64,000 nucleotides of DNA from Antedon mediterranea (Eukaryota > Animalia > Echinodermata), in NCBI RefSeq assembly GCF_964355755.1, contig NC_092674.1, forward strand, positions 5,084,001 through 5,148,000, given 5' to 3'. The notes beneath the pieces were generated by a model. It saw only the letters and a list, made by a program, of their open reading frames with translations, did not search any database and was not told where the DNA came from. Positions within the stretch are counted from its first letter, which is position 1. Every line of letters begins with the position of its first letter. The translations under genes were made by a program, and so were the position numbers. Positions 1-13,059 of the stretch are shown here, piece after piece.

Positions 1-1080
1 TCCTTTTCTTTCTTTTCTTCCTTATCTACCTTTCCTTCCTCTTCCTTTTCTTTCTTTTCTTCCTTATCTACCTTTCCTTCCTTATCTACCTTTCCTTCCT
101 CTTCCTTTTCTTTCTCTTCTTTCTTATCTACCTTTCCTTCCTCTTCCTTTTCTTTCTTTTCTTCCTTATCTACCTTTCCTTCCTCTTCCTTTTCTTTCTT
201 TTCTTCCTTATCTACCTTTCCTTCCTCTTCCTTTTCTTTCTTTTCTACCTTTTCTACATTTTCTTACTTTTCTTCCTTTTCTACATTTTCTTTCTCTTCT
301 TCCTTATCTACCTTTCCTTCCTCTTCCTTTTCTTTCTTTTCTTCCTTATCTACCTTTCCTTCCTCTTCCTTTTCTTTCTTTTCTTCCTTATCTACCTTTC
401 CTTCCTCTTCCTTTTCTTTCTTTTCCTTCTTTTCTTCCTTTTCTACCTTTTCTACATTTTCTTACTTTTCTTTCTTTTCTACATTTTCTTTCTCTTCTTC
501 CTTATCTACCTTTCCTTCCTCTTCCTTTTCTTTCTCTTCTTCCTTATCTACCTTTCCTTCCTCTTCCTTTTCTTTCTTTTCTACCTTATCTACCTTTCCT
601 TCCTCTTCCTTTTCTTTCTTTTCTTCCTTATCTACCTTTCCTTCCTCTTCCTTTTCTTTCTTTTCTTCCTTATCTACCTTTCCTTCCTCTTCCTTTTCTT
701 TCTTTTCTTCCTTATCTACCTTTCCTTCCTCTTCCTTTTCTTTCTTTTCTTCCTTATCTACCTTTCCTTCCTCTTCCTTTTCTTTCTTTTCTACCTTTTC
801 TACATTTTCTTACTTTTCTTCCTTTTCTACATTTTCTTTCTCTTCTTCCTTATCTACCTTTCCTTCCTCTTCCTTTTCTTTCTTTTCTTCCTTATCTACC
901 TTTCCTTCCTCTTCCTTTTCTTTCTTTTCTTCCTTATCTACCTTTCCTTCCTCTTCCTTTTCTTTCTTTTCTTCCTTATCTACCTTTTTTTCCTCTTCCT
1001 TTTCTTTCTTTTCCTCCTTTTCTTCCTTTATTTCTTTTCTTCCTTTTTTACCCTTTCTTTCCTTTCTACTATTTCTTTTC
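1..1080. repeat. Polypyrimidine/polypurine minisatellite, ~42-bp unit (TCCTTTTCTTTCTTTTCTTCCTTATCTACCTTTCCTTCCTCT)
   Basis: Unit visible directly (recurs at 1 and 43), G-free on the + strand, with variant blocks; runs off the window start. Confidence 0.95.
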
Positions 1081-2318
1081 CAGTTTTTATCTTGTTATTT
1101 CTTTTTCTTATCATTCCAATTACCATATTAATGAAGCAAGCAAATTGAACATTGTCGCCAACATGACAAATTAAATGACTCCCGCAGCTGAAATGCACCT
1201 AATCAGACAATTGCTTTATCATTGCAATAAAACTTGGAACAAACAGTAATCAAATTCATTATTAAAATTTAATTATGCTAATGTATTTTAATGAATACTT
1301 TGTACAAAAGAAATCAGTATTTGGACAAGCAATTAATATAACTCACTAAAATTCATTACAATTTATTTGGTTTCATTTAAATATTAAAGAATAAACACGT
1401 ACAAAATTAGTATTAGTGTAATTTAATTTTCATATACTGAAATTTAATTATGCTAATTTTTATTGAATATGCATGAGAAACTATAGATTCAACAGTCATT
1501 ATTATATTAGAACTCATTATGATTCACTTGGAATTTAATTAGGCTAAATTAAATATTAATGAATAAGCATAAGAAACTAGAGATTCAAAAATCCTGATTC
1601 AATTACAACTCACTATAATTCACTATTGAAATTGAATTTTAGTATTCTAATTTACATATTTTGATGAATATGCATGATTAGAATTTACAGTACACAATCT
1701 ACTGTTTTACAAATGTAGTGTAATGAAAATGTCACAGATGATGTAATAGAGCTATTATTCATCAATTCTTTGTTTATTGATTATTTTTGTAGAGAGTTTC
1801 TATTATTATGTTAATTTCTTGTCTGTGTGGAGAATAAAAATACATTATCATTCAAGATTCAGATATCTATTATTAAAACTTAATTGTTTATTGTCTGTTT
1901 TCAATTCTCTCAATATATTGTAACAACAGTTACTTTAGAAACAGTACTTAATTTTTAACATACTGTAATCATTATTCCAAATTGGTTCCATTGGTGTTGC
2001 TTTTTGTATGAAAAGGCCCCAATTCTAGCCTGCGGCCTCTTTGACCATCCTAGTATTCTTTAGTGTTACTATCTGCTTTATAGTTTGTCTTTCTTTCCAT
2101 CACAAATTGAAGATAACATAAAACAAAACTGTTTTTTTTATAAACTATTCCAAAGGCATTTGTTTGTCCTGTACATCATTGCATCATGGAGGTAAGTTTT
2201 ATCTCCATGATTGCATGCTATGGAAATTAGCAGATCTTGATATGAATTTTACAAATGAAGATAAAAAGACACCAAAATGACTATAACATAATAACTATAT
2301 ACATTAAAGTTTTTTGCT

Positions 2319-2470
2319 TGAGCTCTGTCTACACTATCAAATGTATGTGACAAAACACCCAAATATGGTAGTGATATGCTTAAAATATGGTAGTGATATG
2401 ACATCACCATATTCTTATATGGGCACATCAAATTTTGTTGTCACAAGTTTGATAGTGTAGACAGAGCTTT
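2319..2470. mobile_element. MITE family A copy (PIF/Harbinger, Tourist-like)
   Basis: Terminal inverted repeats AGCTCTGTCTACACTATCAAA...TTTGATAGTGTAGACAGAGCT, ~150 bp, no coding capacity; other copies show TAA/TTA duplications. Confidence 0.85.
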
Positions 2471-3773
2471 ATGGAAATTTGCAGTCATTCATGGTCTTGT
2501 AATATTTAGTAGTAGAGTGCTGACCTATATTCACTATTACCTTTACATGCTATTGAAATTAGCAGGTTTACTAAATCCTGGTACTATAATATTTAGTAAA
2601 AGCATGGTAGTAGGCTATTATACAAAGACAGCTTCAGCAAATGTACTGTAATTGATATTTCAGGGTCGGTTCATTTTTCACCATACAATATCTTTATAAC
2701 ACTACATTTACCATAAATATTGTTACACTCATTACCACAGCTGTGTCCATCAAAACAATGGAACGATCCAAATGGATAATTGCATCTTCCCATATTGACA
2801 CACACACACACGTAACAAAAATGGAACAGCCCGCAGTAAGAATTACATTAAAAGCACAGATATGAGAGTTTGTACTGTTGCTGTTGCTACTGTGTACAGG
2901 CCTACTGTCATATTCAGACAAAACACATTGACGGAAAACAAGTAGTTTGCTGATGATGACGCTGATTTGGATTAAAACTAACCGAAAAACAACATGACAT
3001 TCAGGTTTGAGTTATTTTGTGCTTTTTTGTTGTTTTCTGTTATTGTGTGGTTAAATTTTATCTTGGTAAATGAATTTACTTCCATTGTAACCTAGTTAAT
3101 TGTTCCTCTATGGTTAATGTTATTGTTCAGAAATGTGTAGGATTGAATTTAAATCATATTAATATGCAATCTAGGATAATTTATCCTTTGTCGCATAATG
3201 TATTAAAATTATAAATAATTCAACTGTTTTATCATACCATGTTGTGTGAAAAGAGATATAATATACCAAGTGCTCTTATGATAAGGTACTGGCATATCAA
3301 GCAGAAGAGGTTAGGTTCAAATCTCAGTTGATGTAACATGCTGATTTTCTCATCTTCACACATTATTTTCAAAATTTTCTTCTGGTATTTTCGGTCACAT
3401 ATTATTTATTATATTTAAAAAGAATTTAATAAACATATTGATTTGTTATATAGTTATTCTTTTGTTCTATGCTACAGTGGAAATTTACATCACAATTTAT
3501 TTTTATAACAAAATCTTTCAATTTGCAAAAGATTTCTAATGTCACATAGAAGTATAAAGTTTCATTGTTGCAATTTGTTTTCCTACTACAGTTTGTGTTA
3601 TCGTTTTATATATCTTCTTTAGGGAAATTGAAGAAACTTCTTTTCTAAATTATTTCTATTGTAGATGGTTTAATAATTAGTAGTACCAATATATAACAAT
3701 TTAATTTCGTACCCTTGATGCATATTTTGTCCATAACGAATCGTAATTACATATTTTGTGTTGTTGGTGACCC

Positions 3774-3991
3774 TTATTATCTCTGCCAGAATGGCGAGAG
3801 GTTAAGAGGTCGGTCGCATGTTTATGTTGCTTATTTCTTTCTATATTTCTTAGTTAACAGGATTAATTATTGCCCGATTTTCATAAGATTTTAAAGGATT
3901 GTTTCGTAGCTGTATGGGAACACGTTATTCAATTGTCATATGCCTACATGCAGTAGGTGGAGGTTTGCACTCTCTGAGTGGCCTTCTAGTT
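3774..3991 (+). mobile_element. Non-autonomous Helentron/Helitron-type element (HINE-like), degenerate
   Basis: 5' TTATTATCTCTGCC, 3' GGTGGAGGT sub-terminal repeat then GCACTCTCTGAGTG hairpin and CTAGTT end; same layout as 21224-21797. Confidence 0.6.
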
Positions 3992-4387
3992 CCTGGTCTG
4001 TACAATCTAGATTTCATTCGTTATATTTGTGTCTTTGGGTCTGAGCACGCCTCTCTCTCCTCCTTATCCCTCATTTCAATTAACTCTGTACACACATTCT
4101 CTGATAGTTATCATAAGGTGGGTGTATCTTAGCAATACAAATTTGATGCATCCATTGCCGTTGCAATGTGTGCTGGCGATTAGTACACATAAATGATTGC
4201 GCCTCCAGGCTTTTTAGAACCTATTTCAACAAATGGGTTAATACATTTCTGTACTTGAGGATGTTGATTTTTAAAGGCAAGTGCTATCAACTGAAACTAC
4301 ATTGCGCAAGCTCGTCCAAGTAGATACCTCTCTATTGCAAAAGTTTTAAGAATGGCTAAATATCTACTGTGGCTGAAGTATATCTCT

Positions 4388-4506
4388 GGACGTATTCACC
4401 AATCACACTTAAGTGAGATATATCCCTTAAATATTAAGTATTTCACTTAACTCAATTAATATGTAAGTGTTTCCCTTAGCTTAAAGTGTGAATGGTGAAT
4501 ATGGCC
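4388..4506. mobile_element. Short inverted-repeat element (MITE-like)
   Basis: TATTCACCAATCACACTTAAG ... CTTAAAGTGTGAATGGTGAATA form imperfect terminal inverted repeats. Confidence 0.55.
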
Positions 4507-5569
4507 ACTGGTTCCACAAAATAAATTCGTTAAATTTTAAGATCAAAACTAAAAAGTTAAACATTGATTTTAGGTAAGGTCAGGTGTTGGGTACACGCTG
4601 TTAATTTATCATTATAATTATACTTTTGATTGCCTTAATATTATATACAGTATATTTGAATATTTTGACCTTTTAACTAAATTACAGCATAATGTGAATA
4701 AGGCGGCCAGTCATTCTAGCCATTTCAAATTGATACATCCGCTCTTAAAACATGTACTGATTACTGCTACAAACTAATGATAATCCTTCAGGGTGCTTTA
4801 AACATTTCTGAAGGCAAGAAAATGTGTACTTTTTTTTGTACTAAACTAAACAGTATATCTATTACTGTTATGCAACAACCAGATTGTTGCCATTTCATGA
4901 ACTTAATCCTGGAGAATATCAATATTATAGTTGTATTATATTTCTATAATATTTTCATATTACAAATGAAATTGTCTAAAAAAACAAGATTGCTTATTAC
5001 AAATTAAATGTGCTCTATTTAGAATTTTGCATTTGTTTGGATACCTTTTGAACCCAGAGCCATTGTGATGTGATAAAGCATTGATATATTAATAGTGACT
5101 TGTTATACTTTAGTTTACAATAATATCAGGTTATTGTACTTTTCCTGACCCTTACTATATAGTTTATGTCGTAAAAATCAATATTATTTTATTGTATATT
5201 TTTATTTTGATACAGAAAACCAATCAAATTAATTGACTGTGTAAGAGGTTGGTTGTATGAATCGATAATATTTAATGAGGTACAAGATATTAAAAGTGCA
5301 TCAAAATACTAGGGGCAAATACTGTGTGTTCACTCAATCATTCGTTTGTTTGTTTTCATCTATACTTTCATTCATTTAAAAATGAAAAATTAATTTCTAA
5401 TTTTTTCTTATATTCATAGATAAAAAAATATAAGGAGTAGTGTTTTTTCCAAAAGCTTGACACTTTCTTTCTGGTTGTTTTAGCTTTCTGCTCATTTTAT
5501 CTCCATTGAGATCCAGACACTGATGATACCCACAGCATTGCAATTTTTACAGTACTTTGCCTTTGATTG

Positions 5570-5835
5570 ATAATATATTCATAATATATTCATATTTCAT
5601 AATATATTCATATTTCATATTATATTTATATTTTTATAATATATTTGAAACGATAAGATGAGGAAATCTGTGAGAATGAGAAAATCCGGGGATTTAGAAT
5701 TTTCTCTATGCATGAGGTTTATATTCATAATATATTTATATATTCATAATATATTCATATATTCATAATATATTTATATATTCATATTATATTTATATAT
5801 TCATAATATATTTATATATTCATAATATATTTATT
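5570..5835. repeat. AT-rich minisatellite (ATAATATATT(C/T)ATATATTC-like), interrupted
   Basis: Repeating units at 5570-5645 and 5720-5835. Confidence 0.8.
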
Positions 5836-7454
5836 TTATTCATTCATTTACACATTTAATCAAAATGTTTTTATTTATTAATTTATTCTCTTTTTCATTC
5901 ACTTATCCTTGATCTGCTTTGATGTGTTTGTTTGTTCAATTATTCATTTAGTCACTCATTTGTTTGTTCAGTCATGCATTCATTTGTTTATTCATTTATT
6001 ATTTCCTTAATCAGCCATTCATTAATTAAATAATTTAATAATTTATCATTCATTCGTGCATTTTACCATCAATCTATAATTAGCTAGCCTGCTGAATCAT
6101 TTAGTGTTATTGGCGTCGTCAGAGCATGGAAGAATTAGTTACTCCATGGTCAGAGGGTCATCAGGGTGTGAACGATTCCTCACTTTTTTACCTTAATAAC
6201 TTGTGGATATTTTATACAATAAATATTAATATAGGTGCAAAAAAAAAGCCCAAAAAGTGCAGGATCTTTTTGGGCTTTAGCCTATTCTCACTCCTGGTTA
6301 TTTTTCATTGGTGACTGAATAAATATTATAATAATAACATAACTACATATGTGATTAATGTTTAAATACAAAACATAATAAATCCCACTAACATACTAAT
6401 TATATATATGTGCAAGAGTTGTTGTAACGATGTACAGTAAATGTTCTGGCTAAAAAAAAAAAACCATAAGAATAGAAGTTACCAATTAATTTTGTAACCT
6501 TATACACATGTAAAAAATTAAATTTTCACTTTTTTCATTTTGTTAATCTCTTGTTTAAAAGCACTGAACAGAACTGTGTTTAAATTCTTCCCAGGTTTTA
6601 TGTTTTAACATTTCCTTTTGTAATTTTATGTATTTTTCCTCGTTGTTTTTTTTTTCTTAATTATGCTAAGTAAAACAAATTTCCATTTTAAAGTGGACCA
6701 ATACAATTTCTTGAATCTTAAAAATTACGACCTGTTTATTCGTTTTCTCACTAATGACAAGTTTTATTAGCAAATACATCATACTTTGCTATTTGTTCGT
6801 ATTTTGTATGAAACGCATGTAAACTAAGTTACCCAGTCTCATAAATAAACCATGGATATATTTATCATAACGGAATTGTCGTAGACAGACACTCTCTGGT
6901 AGTCTCTCTATCGTAGATAAACGAACCAAATTTTGTATACTACTGTATACTGACTATAGTATAGTATGAAATGACAACAAAGGTAAGAAGTTTTAGAAAA
7001 AACATTAAAGATCTTTTATGGCTTAAATACTGTATTGAACTTAAAAATGGGGTTATGCCTACTCTTGTCATTCATCTACAAATAAATACATTACACAATC
7101 AAAAATATTAATTAATTCTTCCATGATTTGACTTTATAAATCGAGGTGTACTACTATATTATATTTTTTTAAAGGTTATCTTTCATTTATTTTTCCTGTG
7201 CCCTTGAATTATAAAGGACAAAATTTCCCATTTCAACTTGGACAGCTCTTCCACTTTGTCCAACACAACTTCCCATGTTCTTTAATTCACCTTTCGTCAG
7301 TTGGCTTCTGTTTGGTATTTCATTCAAATGTTACGGCACTTTACATGCATGTGGGCCTAGGGCAACAAGTCACAAATATGTTCAATTTCATTTTCATTTT
7401 TGGTGCAAACGTTATACACTGTGAATCCCAAACTCTGGTAAGTGGAATTGCTTA

Positions 7455-7613
7455 AGCTCTGTCTACACAATCAAATCTATGTGAAAAAAAAATTTAATGT
7501 TAATATTATATGGACATGATGATGTCATATCACTACCATATTTAGGCATATCACTACCATATTTGGGCACATCAAACTTTTGTCAAACTAGTTTGATAGT
7601 GTAGACAGAGCTT
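7455..7613. mobile_element. MITE family A copy
   Basis: Both TIRs present; two internal 21-bp CATATCACTACCATATTTRGG subrepeats. Confidence 0.85.
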
Positions 7614-8799
7614 AATATAGAGAGAGTAAGTTGTTGGTTGGCAGAATAGAACCTTATTTATGAGGGACACCTAGCAAATATCATTGATATGTCTGACCAA
7701 GGAATCTTGAACGTTGATCTGGACAAGTTACGTTGTAGTAAACATCTCAAGTGTCGTCTTATGCATCGTTTACACGGTACTTCTGGATCATAACTTGTAG
7801 TGACGTCACTAAGTATGTACTTGAAGAAAAAAAATGTGTACTATGACGAAATTGACATCTATATATAAATTTACGTAAGGGCAAAATTCGATAAATCGCG
7901 GTTTATTTCTAGAATTTTTACTCGATGGTATATAAAGTTGGTTAGAATCTAGGTACTGATTTTAACCACCTGATGTAACCCTGTTTACTAATTAAATTGA
8001 GTTAGATAATTAGTTATTGACAATTAAAACAAATTTAGGTTCAACGATTTGCCCCAAATAGGGGTGTTTTTCGATCGTGGTATACACTGTCTAATGGATG
8101 TCCGTCTTGAAAAATACCCGCAGACAATAATACGAGGATGCTTCGCATTTTCCTATCTCCTCCTACGATAATTGTTTTTAATGGCTGAAAACCGGTTGAA
8201 CAGCTCGAGTACAGCATCTTAATGTTGAAGACAGGCCGATTTTCTTTAAAAAATAATATTTTGATAGATTTAATATACGTTTATACAAATGTATTGATTT
8301 GCGATGAATGGAACATTCCAAATTATTTGGTTTAACCATAGAGGTATAGATTTAGATTTATGGGCCCCCTTGGAGAATAAACATACATAGTATTGCAATG
8401 CTGTACAATACTGTTAAAATGGATATGAAAGGGTTCCTAACAATATCATTTTATTGGCTCAACGTGTAGATCAATCAGGTTTAAGCTTGCCATAGTCATA
8501 CTTAATGTTTTGGAGGACGACAACGCCCTCAAAACGCCCCTGAGAAACCTGTGAAAAACTTTTTGTGACGTCACTAAAAGTTATTTTTGTATTACAGAGA
8601 TAGGAATTTAGCAGGAAATCATTGATTGATGCAAAAGCATGGTAGTAATTACTTATTGCTTTGATGTTTTTATTCTTGGATAAGTATGTTAGCCTAATCG
8701 AATAAAATTAATTCATATTATCAACCAAGTTTTTTTTAAAACGGATTTTAATTTCGTTTTTCAAGGCCATCTTTTACGAAATTCATAGCCAAATGCCTA

Positions 8800-9190
8800 T
8801 CTTGCTGGGTACACGGAGTTATTTTGCGCATGCGTGAGAATCACAGAGTCGACCACCTTGGCCTCTCTCTCGACCCTCCTCGCGAGCGATGTTTATTTCG
8901 CTATTTATTATACACGTATTATTGAAACATTCATTTTATTATTATTTCGTTGTAATTAACTGAAATTGATGGAAATTCGTCCACATCGTCTTGTTAACAC
9001 GGGTGTTAACATCGTTTTGAAGAAACGGTTGGACGAGTAAATGGTGTTTGACAATGCCATGGCCTGGAGCTAGGCTAGCTAGGCCTTTTTAGTAGTGATG
9101 ACTGCTGGATACGGTGTTTAGTCGCCCGGCCAGAGGTGAGCTGAGAGCGTATGCTCCTTGATGTATCGTTGAGGGTGTTAATGGTAAGCA
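8800..9190 (+). promoter_or_regulatory. Putative CpG-enriched promoter / non-coding first exon (possibly distal promoter of the TRIM gene)
   Basis: NRF1-like TGCGCATGCG at ~8825, TCGCGA at ~8880, CRE TGACGTCA at ~8566, local CpG enrichment, donor-like AG|GTGAG (9136) and TG|GTAAG (9184). Confidence 0.45.
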
Positions 9191-10929
9191 CAATTGTGTT
9201 ACTGTATTATGTATATACACATTATTTATAAGTACGTTTATTAATATTGTTGTGTGCTGTAGTGTCCTGACTAACGTATTATTAAAATATTTTTTTGTTA
9301 TTACATGCCGCCCTACTAGCTAGTAGGCTAGGCAACACTGAATACTAAATATTATGATTCCCAATAAAATGAATAGAGTTGGATTTTCTCTAATGTAGTA
9401 ATAAAGGTTATAACAGGCCAGGCCTAGTTAGGGGTATTTCAGCTTGTATCATATACAGTACAATATACAGTACAGTATACAGTAAATAAACAATTCATTT
9501 GTATTTTTACCTACCTACAGGTCTATAATTGGAGTGCAATTATGATAATTGATGGACGGGATAAGCAAATGTATTTATTGATTGGAATGGAAGCGCAAAT
9601 GTTAGAGTCAAATTATAATATTAAGGTAACAGATACTGAGCATTGCTATTTTAAACTGTTGATCAAACCTACATAATACTAAATTATTATTTTGTTTTGA
9701 GGGCAGATAAACATGTGCTTATTCATTTTCCTTTTTTCAGGTGAATAGAAAGATACCCAGCGTACTTTATAATAGATGCTACTTGGATCATGCTTGCACG
9801 ATACATTTATGCAGTATACTAAGACACCAAGTATAGAATGAGCGCAGACAATTAAAATTACAGAACTAAATATTTATGAAGAATAGTAAAATATGCATAA
9901 TAGAATTCTTTAGACGCGAGTGCTAGGGTTACAGTCATACTGTAACTATGGTAATGTACTACCAGACAGTACACTAGTAGCAGTGCATCATATAGTGTTT
10001 GTTTTTAACCATCTAAATGGGTCTGGGTATATTAACAAATAAACCACTACTGTACTTCTTTTTTTATTTATTTAGCCAAATACTATGTACAATGGACATT
10101 TATGAAAGAATCCATCTCTTGAATATGATGGAGCTGGCTGGTGTTGATAGAATTAAAATGTATCACTCAGGTCTCAAAAGTAATTTATGTCCTGTTTGAA
10201 AAATCCTGCTTGTTCCAAACTCATTATGATACATTTGTTCAATAAAATTCATTCCACACACTATTTCTGCCATATAATTTGATGTTTACAATTTTATTAC
10301 TAGTACTATTTTACAGTTCTTCAAAGCCATCTCATGTACTGTTGATTCCATAAATCTGCAAAGATAAGACCAATAAATGGATGGAAATGTACTATTATTT
10401 TTATTCAATCCTACCTCTAGGCCCTATAGTATTATATTTTATGACTTGGTAACAAACAGAAAGAGGTTATTATTTAATTACACTACAGTTACTAACTAAA
10501 CTATAATAATCCTCTCGGCCTCACCTCCTCTGCTCTACTTTAATTATTAGTATTATTATATTACTATATTAGTCAATAACAAAAGTCAGAGCCAAAAACA
10601 AGTTCAACACAAGCTTACCTTTTTTATTTACGTCGCCTTTTACATACGTCTACGCCCGCGCCTTGTCCACTTCCTGGAGGTTCGTCGGTGGACCGGCGAC
10701 TGCTACTCTCTTGTACTGTAGGCCATGGAGTAACTCCATGTGTAGGCCTAGCCTACTACTAGCGAATTTAGAAGAAACTATAGTCTACTAAACCTAGCCT
10801 AATTTGTAGTCTGCGTGAGTGGTTTAGTGTGAGAAGTACAAATACACACTTTCTTCTTTTCACGTACAATCTTTGCAGACATAACTTTTTATTGATTTGT
10901 GAAATATCGATATTTTCTACGACTGCAGC

Positions 10930-11230
10930 AACAGGGAGCTTGCAACACGCGAGTCTCGTGTAGCATGGGTTTGTTTATTTTGTTTACACCACACAGTCCG
11001 CGAACGAGACAAGGCGGTGATTGGACTGTATTAAAATTCATTAACCAATCACAAAACGACTGCTGCCGTGGCTACAACCCCGGGTGTTTCAAACTCTAAA
11101 TTTGACGATCTCGTACGTGCGTATAGAACGTTCATAAAAATTAAGATGGCGTGCCAGTTGGTCGGCCATTTTGCGGACGTTTTATACCAAAATTTAATTT
11201 GTTTATTTCTCAATTTCTACTAGGTATTTG
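10930..11230 (+). promoter_or_regulatory. Putative promoter with CCAAT boxes and YY1-like motifs
   Basis: GATTGG (~11020) and AACCAATCA (~11043), AAGATGGCG (~11143) and GCCATTTTG (~11165), CpG enriched; donor-like AG|GTATTT at ~11224. Confidence 0.45.
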
Positions 11231-12164
11231 AATCTAATTTTGTGTGTGCTGTTTATTAACATTAAAAGGATTCATACAAAGTCCTTTTTGTGAAATTTTA
11301 AAATCCTTTCATATCCATTTTAAGGTATTAACCACTTTTGATCGCAATTTGAATCGCAAATTTCTTACTGTGAGTGTTGGTACTGTTAGATATAATATAA
11401 ACAAATATACAAATAAACTTTATTACTGTGAGTGTGGGTAGACCCTACTGTTAGATTATAAACATATAATATACAAATAAATAAACGTTATTACTGACAG
11501 TTGCTTCTCAACGTTTGTATTAATTAATAATTTAAAAATATATAAACGTACGTAGTGGTGTATCGTTACATGTACTTTACTATTTCAATCGACTATGACA
11601 GTGAGAGTTTTAACAAAGTATTAAATCGTAAATGTTTTACTGTATTTAGTGGTATATTATTTATAGGCCTATAAAACATTAAAAACAATATTTCGTTACT
11701 TAGTGGATAAAAATATATTTTAAAATGTTTCCTCTTTGTACCTATCTTCTTCCCCCTCCCTCAACCCTTAATGTTACATACAAAACACAAATTGGGTTTG
11801 TTTAAATGAGTCCAAATAAAAAAAATTGACTCATTTTGTTTCTCTCTCGGAAGTAATTCCCAGGGTGCTAATTTTAGCTGACTACATAAATCATCGTGTA
11901 TATTTATTCGTTTCTGTAAACGACAATGTATTATAGTCCTGCAGTACGTACATTTGAAATCTCCATTTTTTTCTCGCTGGAAAATACTGTGTATTCGAGA
12001 ACCATCTGTGGGCATGACCTAGATGGTACGCGAGCGAAGCGAGCGTGCCATCTAGTTCTGATAATGTGCATAACATTTTAATTTTCCTTGTTGAGTATAT
12101 AGTAGCTGTAAAACTCATTGTACAATTTACAAGTGGATTGTAACAGTAATGATTGAAACAGATA

Positions 12165-12410
12165 ACTCGGTTTTACGGTGATCGTGCTTTCGCTGTCGCA
12201 GCCCCAAAACTCTGGAACACTCTACTACTACTATACCCCTCGAAATACGCTCATCAAAATCTGTAATCACATTCAAAACTAAACTCAAAACTCATCTCTT
12301 CAGAGAAGCATAATCACACGCTACTACTTGCACAGATCTTGGAAAACACAGCGCTTTGAAACCTTTGTCTCTTGCGCTTTATAAATGTTATTTATTATTA
12401 TTATTATTTA
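12165..12410 (+). mobile_element. 3' end of an L2-clade LINE
   Basis: Translates as YGDRAFAVAAPKLWNTL..PLEIRSSKSVITFKTKLKTHLFREA*, the typical L2 ORF2 C-terminus, followed by a short 3' UTR and (TTA)n tail. Confidence 0.8.
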
Positions 12411-13059
12411 AATATGAAACATGTTTTTTTTTTTCATACTAACATTAGTTGTGAAACTAAACTACTTTAGTTAGAAGTGTTTGCTATAAAATTCGGTTAA
12501 ATTAACATATTTAGTTCAAGACTTTCATCTGGATTAATGTACAGTTAATGTATTATTCATTTACCGACAGAATTGAATGAATCCTAGTTTTTAAATCATA
12601 AACTAATGTGAATTAATTGACATGCATTGCTCTAGTTTTAACACCAGTTATCTGTACAGAATATTTTATTTTTATTTTGGATGTACATTAGGAACTGTAT
12701 ATATTATGTTGTATCCAAAAAAGTAGCAAAATATATAGAACATATTAGATAGAGTAGTATTGTACATTGAAAAAAACATCTACAGCCTCTCAGTAACTCA
12801 TTCTATTTAAAGAAAGTGAGTTGTTGATCAAATAAATTGAGCAGTAGCAGTACGTAACACGTAACTGGGGGATAGGCGTTGGCCATGGTGTTAATCATAT
12901 ATACATTTTATAGTTCTCCATTCCTAAATTGTGTATACAGTATCTACCAAGCTATCTTCATTTTTCTACACTTCTTTCTCCACCCTCTATTCACCAGCCT
13001 GTGCCTCTTTTGTTTTTATTTCTTTTATCCAGTCCACTCAGGTAGCACTTGTTTGCTTC

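Noticed and set aside
6879-6917. TCGTAGA direct repeats around a 25-bp insert
   Set aside because: Insert lacks the CAT...ATG ends, so it was not counted in the micro-element family.
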